Positions 1 to 12,600 of a stretch of 64,000 bases of DNA are shown piece after piece. How positions within the stretch are numbered: the first letter of the stretch is position 1; each line of letters begins with the position of its first letter. Made by a program: the position numbers and the translations under genes. Location: assembly GCA_965112155.1 (NCBI GenBank), contig OZ218112.1, one strand, 5' to 3'. Below the pieces are notes generated by a model. The model was not told the DNA's origin. It saw only the letters and a program-made list of their open reading frames with translations, and did not search any database. The DNA comes from Podarcis liolepis (taxonomy: Eukaryota).

Positions 1-929
1 AAAAATAAAGAATAATACATCTAATGCACAAAGAAAAAGGTGATGTGAACTCTTTACCACTTAGATGAGTTCTACAATCAGCATAATATATAGTTGTAGA
101 AAAATTGTCACCTGCAAATTGAGTAGATTTGCAGGTTTGATATTATATTCATTACATAATTTATTCTAGTTTGACCTGTTAAGGAAGCAGCATGATACTA
201 TTCCGGAACCTTGTGTCAAGACCTACTGAGCATCTTAATCAGCTGCTCCCCTGACTGTTTTGGTAGGCATTGCCTACACCTCCACACCCCCCGCCATGCA
301 AATCCTTTAAACTACTGGGGGCTAGAAACCTATTTCTTCTCAAACAAACAACAGCAGAGATTCCGAGGCAGCTGCTTTCTGGACCCAGTAATGTGGTTCT
401 GTTCTACCACAGACTTCCTCAGCTCAACATTACACACTGTGTTCTAGTCAGAGTCGACCCATGGAAATTAATGCATATTTATGACCATCAGTTTCAGTTT
501 CCCCTTGAAACCTTGCATCGGGCAGGACATGCGCAAGGCATGGAGGTTTCACGAGGTGGCACTGTGCAGGGGGAAGCCCAGCCGGCCAATGTGGCCCTTG
601 GCATGTGACCCCCCCCCCCAATGAGGGGGCTAGAGATGTGGCAGTGAGGCCAGGCCAGGCTCTGAGGCCCAGAGTTTCCGGGTGACAGGCAGGGGGGACA
701 GGGATTCCTGTGTGGAGGCACCTGTTTTACACCCCCTCAAAATTGTGCACCTGGGGCTATGGCTTCCCTGCCTCCCCCCTTTGCCCCTGCTACCAGCTTT
801 CTCCAACCTGATGCCCTCCAGATGTTTTTTGCCACAGGTCCCATTGGCCTCAACCAGCCCCAAGCCACATATTAACTGCAGTCTGCCTTTTTGTACTGCA
901 GTTGATGAAAATACTTTCAGTGCAATCCT

Positions 930-1106
930 TGTTGTTGTTTAGTTGTTTAGTTGTGTCCGACTCTTTGTGACCCCATGGACCAGAGCACGCCAGGCACTCC
1001 TGTCTTCCACTGCCTCCTGCAGTTTGGTCAAACTCATGCTGGTAGCTTCGAGAACACTGTCCAACCATATCGTCCTCTGCCGTCCCCTTCTCCTTGTGCC
1101 CTCCTT
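930..1106 (-). mobile_element. Bov-B (RTE LINE) 5'-truncated 3' end
   Basis: Reverse complement reads ...CCATGGGGTCACAAAGAGTCGGACACAACTAAACAAC(AAC)n; 10-bp TSD gtgcaatcct at 920-929 and 1107-1116. Confidence 0.85.
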
Positions 1107-1177
1107 GTGCAATCCTACTTGTGTTTATTTGGAAATAAGAGTCATTGTGTTTAAGGTGGCTTACTGCCTAGCAAGTC

Positions 1178-1822
1178 ATTACTGGCCCCAACAACATCAC
1201 ACATACCATCTCGGGACTATTTAATTGCTCATCGTCTAACATTGTGTATGCCATCAAATGCCAACAGTGTCCTTCAGCTCTCTATATTGGACAAACAGGC
1301 CAAACCTTACGCCAAAGAATAAACGGACATAAATCTGACATCAAGAATCACAGAACAGAGAAACCAGTAGGAGAACACTTCAATCTCCCAGGACATTCTA
1401 TACAAGATCTCAAAGTAGCTGTTTTACTACAAAGGAATTTCAGAAACAGACTGGAAAGAGAAGCTGCTGAATTACAACTCATTACCAAACTTAAAACCAT
1501 GAAAAGACCTGGGCTTAACAAAGACATTGGATTCTTATCTCACTATACATAACTAAACCATTTCTCACCTTCTCACCCCTTGCCTTTTCCTGTAAGACCT
1601 ATTACAGTCGTTAAGAGTCGTCAATAGGCTCTCCCAGCTATCTGCCTATCTCCCATTCCCACCATCCTTCTGAGTAACACCCCTCCCCACCTTCTCACTA
1701 TATAGAAGGATCTGGCAACTTCTATTTCAGTGTATCTGAAGAAGTGTGCATGCACACGAAAGCTCATACCAAGAACTAACTTAGTTGGTCTTTAAGGTGC
1801 TACTGGAAGGAATTTTTTATTT
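1178..1822 (+). mobile_element. Penelope-like retroelement, 5'-truncated: GIY-YIG endonuclease region plus 3' UTR
   Basis: ORF 1244..1552 (YAIKCQQC..LYIGQTGQTLRQRINGHKSDIK...E.QLI...GLN) is a PLE-type GIY-YIG domain; 13-bp TSD tgcctagcaagtc at 1165-1177 and 1823-1835. Confidence 0.9.
1732..1769 (+). ncRNA. Minimal type I hammerhead ribozyme motif in the Penelope-like element
   Basis: gtat-CTGAAGA-a-gtgtgcatgcacac (stem II)-GAAA-gc-TC-atac: conserved CUGANGA/GAAA core, stem I gtat/atac, predicted cleavage after C1765. Confidence 0.8.
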
Positions 1823-4167
1823 TGCCTAGCAAGTCTGTTAGGGATTGTGGTCCTACTCATATAGATACTGTACCTTCCATTCTAGTTCTGTCCTAAGGAC
1901 TGATGTTTTCTTTTAAAATTCCTGTTAGCCAGAGAAGTGAGAACTTCAGGATGAAGATTATAGCCAATCAATGTGGCAATTTTTTTGCAGTTGCTGCAAG
2001 AAATAAGAAAACCAAGAGAGGATTTCCTAAAGCTGAATGCAGTTCAGTGGGCCCTCTGAATTGCATATCTTACAACTACCACGTTGTATGTCTTTTGAAT
2101 TCTGCTTTTGAGGTGCATGGTTGACCTATGTTTAGCACTCCTTGTTAAGATTAGAATCTTAACATCATTAAGGTGGGGCTGACATCTTATTTGGTACCAT
2201 AGAACTGGAAGAGGGTCTTGTTTGATGCAATAAATGATGGCTATGCTCTGCCTGCACAGTCGGAAGCAGCAATACTGAATACCAGTTGCTGGAAACCACA
2301 GGGCAGGAGAGTGCTCTTGTGTTCGAATCCTGCGTGTGGGTTTCCTACAGGCATCTGGTTCGCCACTGTGAGAACTGGATGCTGGACTAGATGGGCCACT
2401 GGCCTGATCCAGCAAGCTCTTCTTCGGTTGTCAAGTTATGAAGGGAGGCACAAAGGGTGGGGAAGCCTCCAACTCAGGGATCACATAACTCAGGGGTCCC
2501 CAGCCTTTTGGGGGCCTGTTGGCACAATTGGAAAGTTTTATGTGGGTGTCAATCACAAATGGGTGTTGTGGGGTGTGTGGCATAACACAAAATGGCAGCT
2601 GTGGGGGTATTATTATTTATTCATTATTACTATTGTGGTATGTTATTGCCATAAAAAGTTACTAATATTCAATAAGTGTGCCTGATTCCATTTCTCCTTA
2701 TACTGTGACTGTGAGTTCCACAGTTAAACCCTAGATTAAATGGAAAGTAGTAATAATGTGGCTTGTTTGTTTGCAATTAAACATAAGCCTGTTTTCAACC
2801 CATCATGAATGCTCTCTTGTACCATGACACCCAAGAACAGGTTATTTTCTTAATTGTGTCACTTCTGAAGGTTGTTAATGTTGTTGGAGTTCAACTCCCA
2901 TCAGCCTGGAATGATGGAAGTCATAGCTTAAAACATCTGAAGCCAGAGTTTCCCCCACTTATGTCATGTTCTTAAGAGTTACTGAGAACTGATTTTTGTA
3001 TGTCAATTCTCAGTGACAGTTGAATATAGAGAAAACTGAAAAGTGGGGTGGGGTATGCAGTGGTACTTGACATATTGGGAAATGTGGAAAATCAGCATCT
3101 GGAGGGAGACTTTTTACCACATGTGAGAGATGTGTAGAAACAAGAAAGAAGTTACCGGTTATAGGAAGATAGTGGTAGAAGTAACTGTAGAAATGTTCCA
3201 ATCTAAACTATCCAGTGGCGTGCTTGCAGAATTATGAGCGTCAGGAGAAAAGCTAGTGGATAAAAATGTGTGCTGAGAAGAAAGTGGAGAGATTTCTTCT
3301 TCCTAGCCCATAATACTAGAACTCTGGGACATCCAATGAAGCTGACTATGGGAAGGACACAGGAGGACACACTTCTTCACACAGTGGGGAACCTCAGGCT
3401 GGAGTGTGGGGGGGTGTCAAATGTGGCCCTCCAGGCCTGTCTGGCCCTTGGAACATTCCCCAGGCCACACCTTTACAGCGTTGAGTGCTTTTGCATGGTT
3501 GGAATGTGTCCTTAAGCACCTGCTAATACTGTCTGGAAGGAAGATCATGAATGCTCTCTTGTACCATGACACCCAAGAACAGGTTATGTGTGTGTGTGCA
3601 CGTGCACAAGTGTGCAGAAACCAGCCTACTATACTAAAGGTGACAGCTGCATTTGTTTCTCTGCATGTTTTTATCTCTGGATCTGCTCACCACTGGGATG
3701 TGTCCCTCAGAACGTTGCCTAGAATATAATGCAGCCCTCAAGCTGAAAAGGGTTCCTCTCACCTCTGGCCTAAACAGTGCAAAATGCAAGAATCTGCCTT
3801 ATTCCGAGTCAGACTAATGGTCCAACTAGTTGGGGGTTTACACCAACTGGCAGACGTTCTTCCCAGAGTATCAGGTAGGGGACACCTCCAGGCCTACCTG
3901 GAGATGCCACCTTTTGCAGTGTAGAGCAAATACTCTATACTGAACAGGTGGTCTCATACTGTCAGCCAGGGGGTGGTGGCCCGCCAAACACATTGCCTTT
4001 ATGCTGGTAAATAATGCTTGACTCTGGAACAGATTTATTTATTTATTGATTTATTTATTTCATTCAATTTATGTCCTTCCGAAGGAGCTTAGGGTGGCAT
4101 GTACAATACTGTGTGGCATTCCTGTCTTGCTTGTTGGCTTCCCATTGGGGCATCTGGTTGGCCACTG

Positions 4168-4517
4168 GTTAAGTCCAGTCAAAGGTGACTATAGGGTTGC
4201 AGTGCTCATCTCGCTCTTTAGGCCAAGAGAGCTGGCGTTTGTTCAGACAGCTTCATGCGTCATGTGGCCAACATGACTAAAATGCGACTGGTGCATGGAG
4301 GACCGTGACGAGTGCCAGAGTGCATGGAAATGCCGTTTACCTTCCCGCCGGAGCGGTACCTATTTATCTACTTGCACTTTGACGTGCTTTCGAACTGCTA
4401 GGTTGGCAGGAGCTGGGACAGAGCAATGGGAGCTCACTTCATTGCGCGGATTTGAACTGCTGATCTTCCGACTGGCAAGCCCAAGAGGCTCAGTGGTTTA
4501 GACCACAGCGCTCACCC
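4168..4517 (-). mobile_element. Sauria SINE
   Basis: Homologous to the other about 350-bp copies (shared core ggtacctatttatctacttgcac). Confidence 0.8.
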
Positions 4518-6395
4518 ACGGTGAGAATGGGATGTTGGACTAGATGGGCCTTTGGCTTTATTGCAAGTAACTGTCCCTTCAGCACTGTGGTGCTTTATTA
4601 TTTAGTCTTTCTTTTGCTTTCTAACTTTTTTAAATTTTATTTTAAGGAAATCTTGTACTTGATCTGGGGTGGGGGAGACGGGGATCAGAAAAACTTCTAT
4701 CCAAATCTGATGTAAGTTGGTGGTGGTGGGTCATTAGATATTTATGCTTTGCATGCTTGCTCTACACTTCCTCCTGGGATCCCAATAGCCTAGGAAACAC
4801 AAACTGAGACTAGTATGCTATGCTTCTCTGCCTTGCACAGCACCTTACTTTGCAGAAATTCTCAGATGATGCTCTACACAGTATGGTAGTATACATTATC
4901 AGCTGCTAGTGAGAGAAGCTGCGTCACAGATGCCCAAGAAGTACAAATGCATTCATTTCCAAAAACTTCACATTGGGACAATAATTAAAACAGGCAGATA
5001 TTTTTTTAATTAAAATTGATGTGTAAACTTTTATAGCACGTGCTGGAAGACTTACCACCTCTGCCCCAGCTCCCTTCCGAGAAGCACAGGAAGATGGGAA
5101 GACCATCACCACATCCCTGCTGCATACCCTTACCTCCACTTTCAAAGTTCCAAACTCAGTTCAGCTATGTTTTGCAATGGATTTGTAAGGGTCTGGAGCA
5201 AACTCAGTTTTGCCCTTTAAGTGTGGGTAACATGTTGTCCATAAAACGATTAAAAGAATGACAGCTTTTAAAATGAGTCATCATTGAAAAAGAAGCCTCA
5301 GAATGCCTGTGGAGGTAGCTGCCTCTGATGAGCACTGCAGGCACACACTGCTATAAAACTTCCTTCCAATCTTTCCCCACTCTCTTCTTGAGGAAAGTGT
5401 GGCTGTGCCTGCTGTTCCAATCTACTCACTGGCCTTGTTAACACCCTTGCTTTTTCTCACTAGAAGCAAGGGCTTCAAGAGCTCTTTAAAAAGAGGGTTA
5501 AAAAGAGGTATACCAGCTGCTTGAACCTCTAATGACATGAGCTGTCCTTTGATCAGAAGCTCATCAGCCTGCACAATTCAATTTATCCCTGACCTAAGAA
5601 TTTGCCTTATGAGACAAAGCATCCCTCCTAAGGCAGCCATTTGGCTATTGATCTTGCCAGCTCGTTTCTATAATATCAAGGGTGGAGTTCAGGTTTGCGA
5701 GTTTCTCCACACCACCATCACAGTCCCAAGTGCCACACACAGGTTCAATACCCACATTCATACACTTGTAAGTTCTCCAGGCTCAAGTGTTCATCCCTTC
5801 CATGCATGGCAAATAAAAAAGTAACACCGGCCCTAAAGAAATTAATTGACCAGCGTGGTCCCCTTTTTCAGAGCCATCAGATCTTTCACACTGGCTGTGA
5901 ATAAGATGTGTGTGTGTGTGATTAACATCCTCATTTCTTTTTCTTCCTCTCATAAAGAAATATGGGTGTGGGAAGGAGAGGTGTCTAATATCCTTTCTTA
6001 TGAATACATTTCCAACCCGCTTCTGCCTCCACCCCCTCTCCCAAAAAAAAAGGGGGGGGGTTGGAGGAGAAGGAAAGTAAAATCATAGTTAAGAATGTGC
6101 TCAAATGTATGAGAATACATGAGCCAGAGGTGGGGGGGATAGTCGCATGCTGTATGATGCATTATGCTTAAACAAAGTGAAAACAAACACCCCCTCTTCT
6201 CTGCAACTGGTTGCGACTCCCCTGCCTATTGAAAATGACAGAGAGGAAAAAAATGAAGGCAAAATGATTGTGCATTGCATGATGATATCTGTTAAGGTGA
6301 GCTGCTTTGGTTCATGCACAGTCTCCTCTGGCTGGCTCATCGCTGGCTGGCCCAATTGTGTGGTTTTGTTCGTCACGTAGTCCTGCTGGTTTGCT

Positions 6396-6684
6396 TCAGC
6401 CATGCTCCTTCCACAAAACCAGGTGAATACTGTGGTCTGGCATGCTGGTGGCAAAGACCAGGCCCATGTCATTTTGACCATCCAAACCGTCCAGCCAATC
6501 CATTTCCCCGGCCAGGAAGCTCGAGCCCCTCTTTGACTTTCTGTATTCCGGCAGTGGCCAGCGGCTGATCAGTTTCTCTGTCCTCAAGTCCATTATGTAC
6601 AGGTAGTGGTTATCAAACAGGAGGGCAAAAATGTCGCCGAAGCCCAGCAAGGACAAGTTCGCAAATTCAGGAGGTTTGATAACC
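6396..6684 (-). CDS. FBXW2: FBXW2 last coding exon (to stop TGA)
   Basis: ORF 6396..6656 extended to the acceptor gcag| at 6684; ends HLVLWKEHG*. Confidence 0.96.
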
Positions 6685-9600
6685 CTGCAAGGGAAGAGAA
6701 GAAACAGACCACCACAAATATCAGAAGAAAATGATGCATAGAATGGAGAGGTGATCTTTTAAATGATTTTTTTAATGGTGTTGATATGATCTAGATTGCA
6801 GTCTGCCGCTACTTAACCAACCTGGCATCCCGGTGTCTTGCAAGTGACATGTTGCCATGTAAATGCAAGATACCAAAGGAATCCCATCTGGAATGGCACC
6901 AGTCATTCAAAACCTGACTCTTACAAGTTATCACTGAGATTGCCAGGGTATTTGGCTTAGCTTGCCCACTTTAGACCTCTTGGCCAGACCTCCACAGCAC
7001 ACTCCGGGAACATGACTCAGGAAGCATCAACACTTAAGTTTCCTCTATTAAGAAAAGTGTTTACTGGGTTAATTCCACATGAGTTGGAAATAGTGGCTCA
7101 TGCCTCACAATGCACCTGGCTGAATGTGGTAACCTTCTTATCTATGTCACTGGGCAAATTTGGCAAGCAACTTTGTGTACACAGTAAAAGGGTTCACTTT
7201 ACAGTATAAAGTGTGGATCGTGATAGGAGATTGCAGGAATTGTTGAACGCCATCTGTTGAACTATGGATTTGTGTGAAGAGTTTTTGAAAAAAATAATCT
7301 GAAAAGGAGAACTGCCAGACTACGGAACTCGGAGAACTCAGTCAGTTGCAGGATTCTGAGCAACCAGAGTTAGAACTTGCTAATGGACTTTGTTTCAGCA
7401 AGGACTTTGAAGTACAGAACCCTCTCTGGGACCAGAGAGAAAGAAGCTTTTCTATATATAGTGTGTGTAAATGGAGTGTGTGTTTTGCGTCTGCCAACTA
7501 GAACAGCTCTGCTAAAAACAACTGTTTCATATTGGTGTGTTTAATTGCTTTACTGAAGCTTCTGTGGCACATACACAGAGAACAAGAATATACATACATA
7601 TGCGTGTATATGTATATGTGTGTGTGAGAGAGAGAGAGAGAAAGAGAGAGAGAGAAGAAAAAGAAGAGGAGGAGGAGGAGAAATACAGATCCCAACAACC
7701 TCTGCATATGTTGGCCTCAAATCCAGACTGTTTACCTGTGGATATCGTAGCTGGCGAAGTCCCACTGATACAACCCGATAGCTGAACTGCAGACAATGTA
7801 TTTGCCATCGAAATGAAGCCGAGGCTGGAGAGAGATGCTGCGGTCTTCTGAGACGGTAAGGGTTTTTAAGCACTTGCAGTTGATCTCTCTCCCAATGGGC
7901 CAGATCTGTAACAATACAATCAACCAATGATTGTGACAACAGGGAAGGATAAAGGGGGTACACTTTGCTAACATGGTGAAGTCTCCCTTGCAGGCCTTCA
8001 AGCCAAGAACTCCCTCCCAGAACCCTGCCTCTCTCTTGAAGGAAAGCTCTCCCACTTCAACATCTGCAAAGCCTCATGGGTGCAGCTCTTTTTAACCCAC
8101 AGTTGTGATGGGAAAAGTTTGTGTAACTGCCTTTCAGCCTTGCAATTCAGCCCTTTCCTCCCCGTCTAGTTTATAAATTTCTTAGGGCAGAGACCTGTAC
8201 TTTTATTTTTTGCTTATGTTACACTGCAAAGTACCATGCACACTAATGATGATGATAAAACTGGACTGTATCCCGTGCTGGTTCTACCCAGAATAGGCCC
8301 ATTGAAAATAATGGGTGTGATTATTTTAGATCCATTAATTTCAATAGGTCTACTGTTAGAAGAACTTAGTTTGAGATAACCCATTATTACTATTGGGTTG
8401 TATGCAACAACATTCTACTTGGAGTAGACCCACTGAAATTAACGTACCCACGTTAGTCATGCTAAGTAGGTGCTTTTACGCTGGCCTATGGCTGCAATAA
8501 ATATTCTTTACTTTCTTCTGCTACTGAAGGGAAGCCTCGTCGTCTAAAACCTGCCTCTTGACATGCTTATGAAAAAGCCTTCTAACTACCAAGCAGCTGG
8601 CAGACAATGGGCAGAATAATTCACCCCTTAGGATCCATTAGGGCGAAGGATCACAGAGCATGTGCTTTGCAGGCAGAAGTTCTCATGTTCAATCCTCTGG
8701 CATCCCTAGGTAGGGCTAGTAATGTCCCCTACCTGAAACCCTGGAGAACTGCTGCTGCCAGTCAGTGTGGACAATACTGATAGCCAGCTGAATACTGAAG
8801 CCAGCCAACGAATACTGATAGCCAGCCAATACTGAAGGCACCTTCCTAGTCAGATTCAGATTTGTACAGATCTAGTCTAATCCAGCAAAGGCTTGTGACT
8901 TTCCAGAATTTATTTACACCTGCAATTCCCCCTGATTTCTGGAGCTCCATGAAGCTGAGACCATACATACCTTGATTTCGTATTTGTCTGCGCTTAACAA
9001 AATGTAATCCCCAGGGCTGTGCATGAGAGATTTGACTTTGCACTTCTGCAAGACCACCTGCAGTAGGAACAAAGTGTGTCTAAGGCTTGAGGCAAAATGT
9101 CAGACAGGTCACTAAAAAAAGCACTGCAATGTTTGTTCAGATACATTTATGTCCCGGGAGGTAAAAATCTTAACTCACAATAAGAAATGCCAGATGCTGC
9201 TCTATTATGTCCGAGAAAGAGAAGCCACAATGGAGGCTGTGCACTGTCTCCAACTAACCCACTGTGCAGCTGGATTTTGTTGTTCTTACTTCAGTACAGT
9301 ACGTTCAGTACGTTCTGTACAGAAAGATTTTGTTCTTACTTCAGAATGATCTCTGTTGTTACACATTCTTACACAAAATGATTTCTGCTGTATTGAAACC
9401 CACTTTTTCCCATTAAGCTTATGGCACAACCACCTGGGTCTCATGCCCTGCTTTAAGGCTGTGTAACTGAAACAACCACACACTGCTTCAATGTTAACCC
9501 CTGTTTCCATCTCCTCCTTTTTCCTTGTTTCCCTATGTTGAATTTTTGTAAGCTTCTTAAGAGCAGGGATTGATCCTCTTGTGCTCTATAAAGCATCATG

Positions 9601-12600
9601 TGCACTAATGGTATTACAAAAAGAAAAAAATATAGAATGCTGCACGCGCATCATGGTTTCCTCCACATGTTGGGAACCAGCAACTGTAGCTCTGAGTACT
9701 TTCTTTGCATGCAGAATGTCCCAAGTTCAATCCCTGCCATCTCCAGGTAGGCCTGGGAGAGACGCAAGGTCTGAAACCCTGGTGAGCCACTGCCTGTCAG
9801 TGTAGGCAAACTAGATGGACCTAGTGGTCTGACTCAGCGAAAAGCGATTGCCTATATTCCTCCATGTGGTAACCTTGCCCTCTAGCACCAGATATGCAAA
9901 ACTGGCAAATAACCTTTGGCCTCAAATGGTTTGTAGTTAAATTTTAGCCACTGGGGTGTAGCAGTTAGAGCACTGGACCTGGGAAACTAGAATTCAAATC
10001 CCCGCTCAGCCACAAAGATGACCTTGGGCCAACTGCTATCTTACAACCTAACCTACCTACCTACCTACCTCACAGGGTTGTTATGAGGGTAAAATTGGAC
10101 AAAAGGAGAGAACCACGTATGCCACCTTGAGCGTTTTGAGGAAAGGTGGGATATAAATGCAACTATTAATAAATGACACCCAGTGCAAACTTTAAACAGG
10201 AAGGGAGCTAACCCAGCCTACCTTTGTGACCCATTCCGTGTGCCCTGTTAGTGTATTGAGACACACTCCCGTTGATAAGGCCCAGACCTTCACAGTGAAA
10301 TCCGCTGAGCCACTGACCAGGATGTCGAGCTCGTCATTGTAATCAACACTGAAAACTACAAAAGCCAAAAAAGAAAAGGGAACTTTAAAAGAGATTGGCC
10401 ATGCTGATCTCTATACCAAGTCAGATCAAAGTAATCATGCAGTTATTTTGGGATGTGCGTGTGTGCAATTGTGAGTCACACTGCAGTTATACTGATTTGG
10501 CTTCCTTGAAATTTAGAGTTTTCCCTTCCATGTAATAGACGTGTAGAATTTACAAGTTTGGAAGGATAGCCAGGTAAACATACTTAGGTAATGCCTACCC
10601 AATGATTAGAGCTAGAGAACTGCAGCCAGGGGAGGGGGTTCCCTTGCCTAGAAAGCTGTCTTATTCTGGGCCAGGCTATTGGTTCATGTAGCTCAGGACT
10701 ATCTGCATGAGTTGGCAGCGGCTCTCGAGGGTTTCAAACAGGGAGTTTCTCCCAGCCATATCTGGCATGTGTGACAGAGACTTGGTTAGATGAGGCAGAT
10801 GGGCCTGTTCTTGTCGCTGCTTGTCCACCAGGTTTCTCTTATACACAGCAACCCATGTCATATGGGTGGGGTTGCAGTGAATTTTAGGAAACCATTAGCT
10901 TACATCAGGCGTCCTGTTGGGAAAACCCAGTTTTCTGAGTGCATGTTCTGGAAGTTGGGCAATACAGGCAGTACAGGATTCCTTTTGGAGTACCGACCTC
11001 TCCACTGCACCAAGATTCCCTGCCTGAGCTGCCTCAGGTCATGGTGGATGTTCTCCTGGAGTCTACCTCTTTCCAAATCTGAGTGACTTTATCTGCAAAA
11101 ACAGCTTTGCAAACTCATTGCAGGAGACCTTTTTGCAGATAAAGTCACTCAGATTTGGAAAGAGGTAGAGTCCACCATGGGAGCAGGGCCGGGAGAGTGC
11201 TAGAGTCCTTTCTGGTCAAGTTGCATGGGATCAATTCCAATCTGTTACCTCCAAGGATGTGGACAGGCTGCTTGGACAAGTGAAACCAACCACCTGTCCC
11301 CTTGCCGATCCTGGCTAATAACAGTGAGCTGGGAAGGGCTGGCTGATGGGCTCTGGGGGCTGGTGAGTGCTTCCCAGATCCGCTGAAAGAGTGGCCGCTG
11401 AGACCATATAACACTGGTCCTGAAAGACCTACATTGGCTCCCAGTATGTATCCAAGCACAATTCAAAGTGTTGGTGCTGACCTTTAAAGCCCTAAATGGC
11501 CTAGGCCCAGTATCCCTGAAGAAGCATCTCCATTCCCTTTGCTCAGCCCGGACACTGATGTCCAACTCCTAGGTGGTTCCCTCCCTGCAAGAAGTGAGAT
11601 TACAGGGAACCAGGCAGTAGTGGCGCCCGCCCTGTGGAACGCTCTCCCAGCAGATGTCAAGGAAATAAACAACTACAGTGGTGCTTCGCAAAACGAAAAG
11701 AATCCGTTCTGTGATTCTCTTCGTCTAGCGGTTTTTTCGTCTTGCGAAGCAAGCCCATTGACGGATTAGCGCTATTAGCGGCTTATCTGCTGATCGGATC
11801 AGCTGATCAGCGGCTTAGAAAAAGGGAGGAGGGGAAAAAACCCGCAGGAACTCACAAGGCATTGTCGCCTTGCGAAGCAAGCCCATAGGAAATTCATTTT
11901 GCAAAGCACCTCCAAAACGGAAAACTCTTTTGTCTAGCGAGTTTTCCGCCTTGCAAGGCATTCGTCTTGCGGGGCACCACTGTATCTGACTTCTGGAAGA
12001 CATCTGAAGGTAGCCCTGTTTAGGGAAGTTTTAAATGTTTTATGTTTGGTTGTGTTTTTAATGTTCTGTGGGAGCCGCCTAGAGTGTCTGGGGAAACCCA
12101 GCCAGGTGGGTGGGGTATAATTAATTAATTAATTAATTAATATTATTATTACTATCTAGCAATGCCAGGAACTGAACCAGAGACCTTCTACATGTAAAGC
12201 CCATGCTAGAGTCAGTCCCAAGCAACATGGAACGGTGTAGAGTTCTGGTTGCTTCATCTCAGAAAGGATTTTATACAGTTGGAAAAGTTTCAGAAAAGGA
12301 CAACTAAAATGATCAAGGGGATGGAGCAACTCCCATGAGGAAAGGCTGCAACATTTGGAACATTTTAGTTTAGAGAAAAGGCAGGTAAGACCTTATAGAA
12401 GTTTACGAAACTATGCATGGGGTGGACAAAGTAGATAGAGAAGTTTTTCTCCCTCTCTCGTATCAGGAAGTTGCACCTGCTGTGGACAGTGATGGCCACC
12501 AATTTAGATGGCTTTGAAAGAGGATTCGACAAATTCATGGAGGAAAATGCTCCAAATTCATGGAGGAAAAAGTCCTGTTTGGCCACTGTGAGAACAATAT

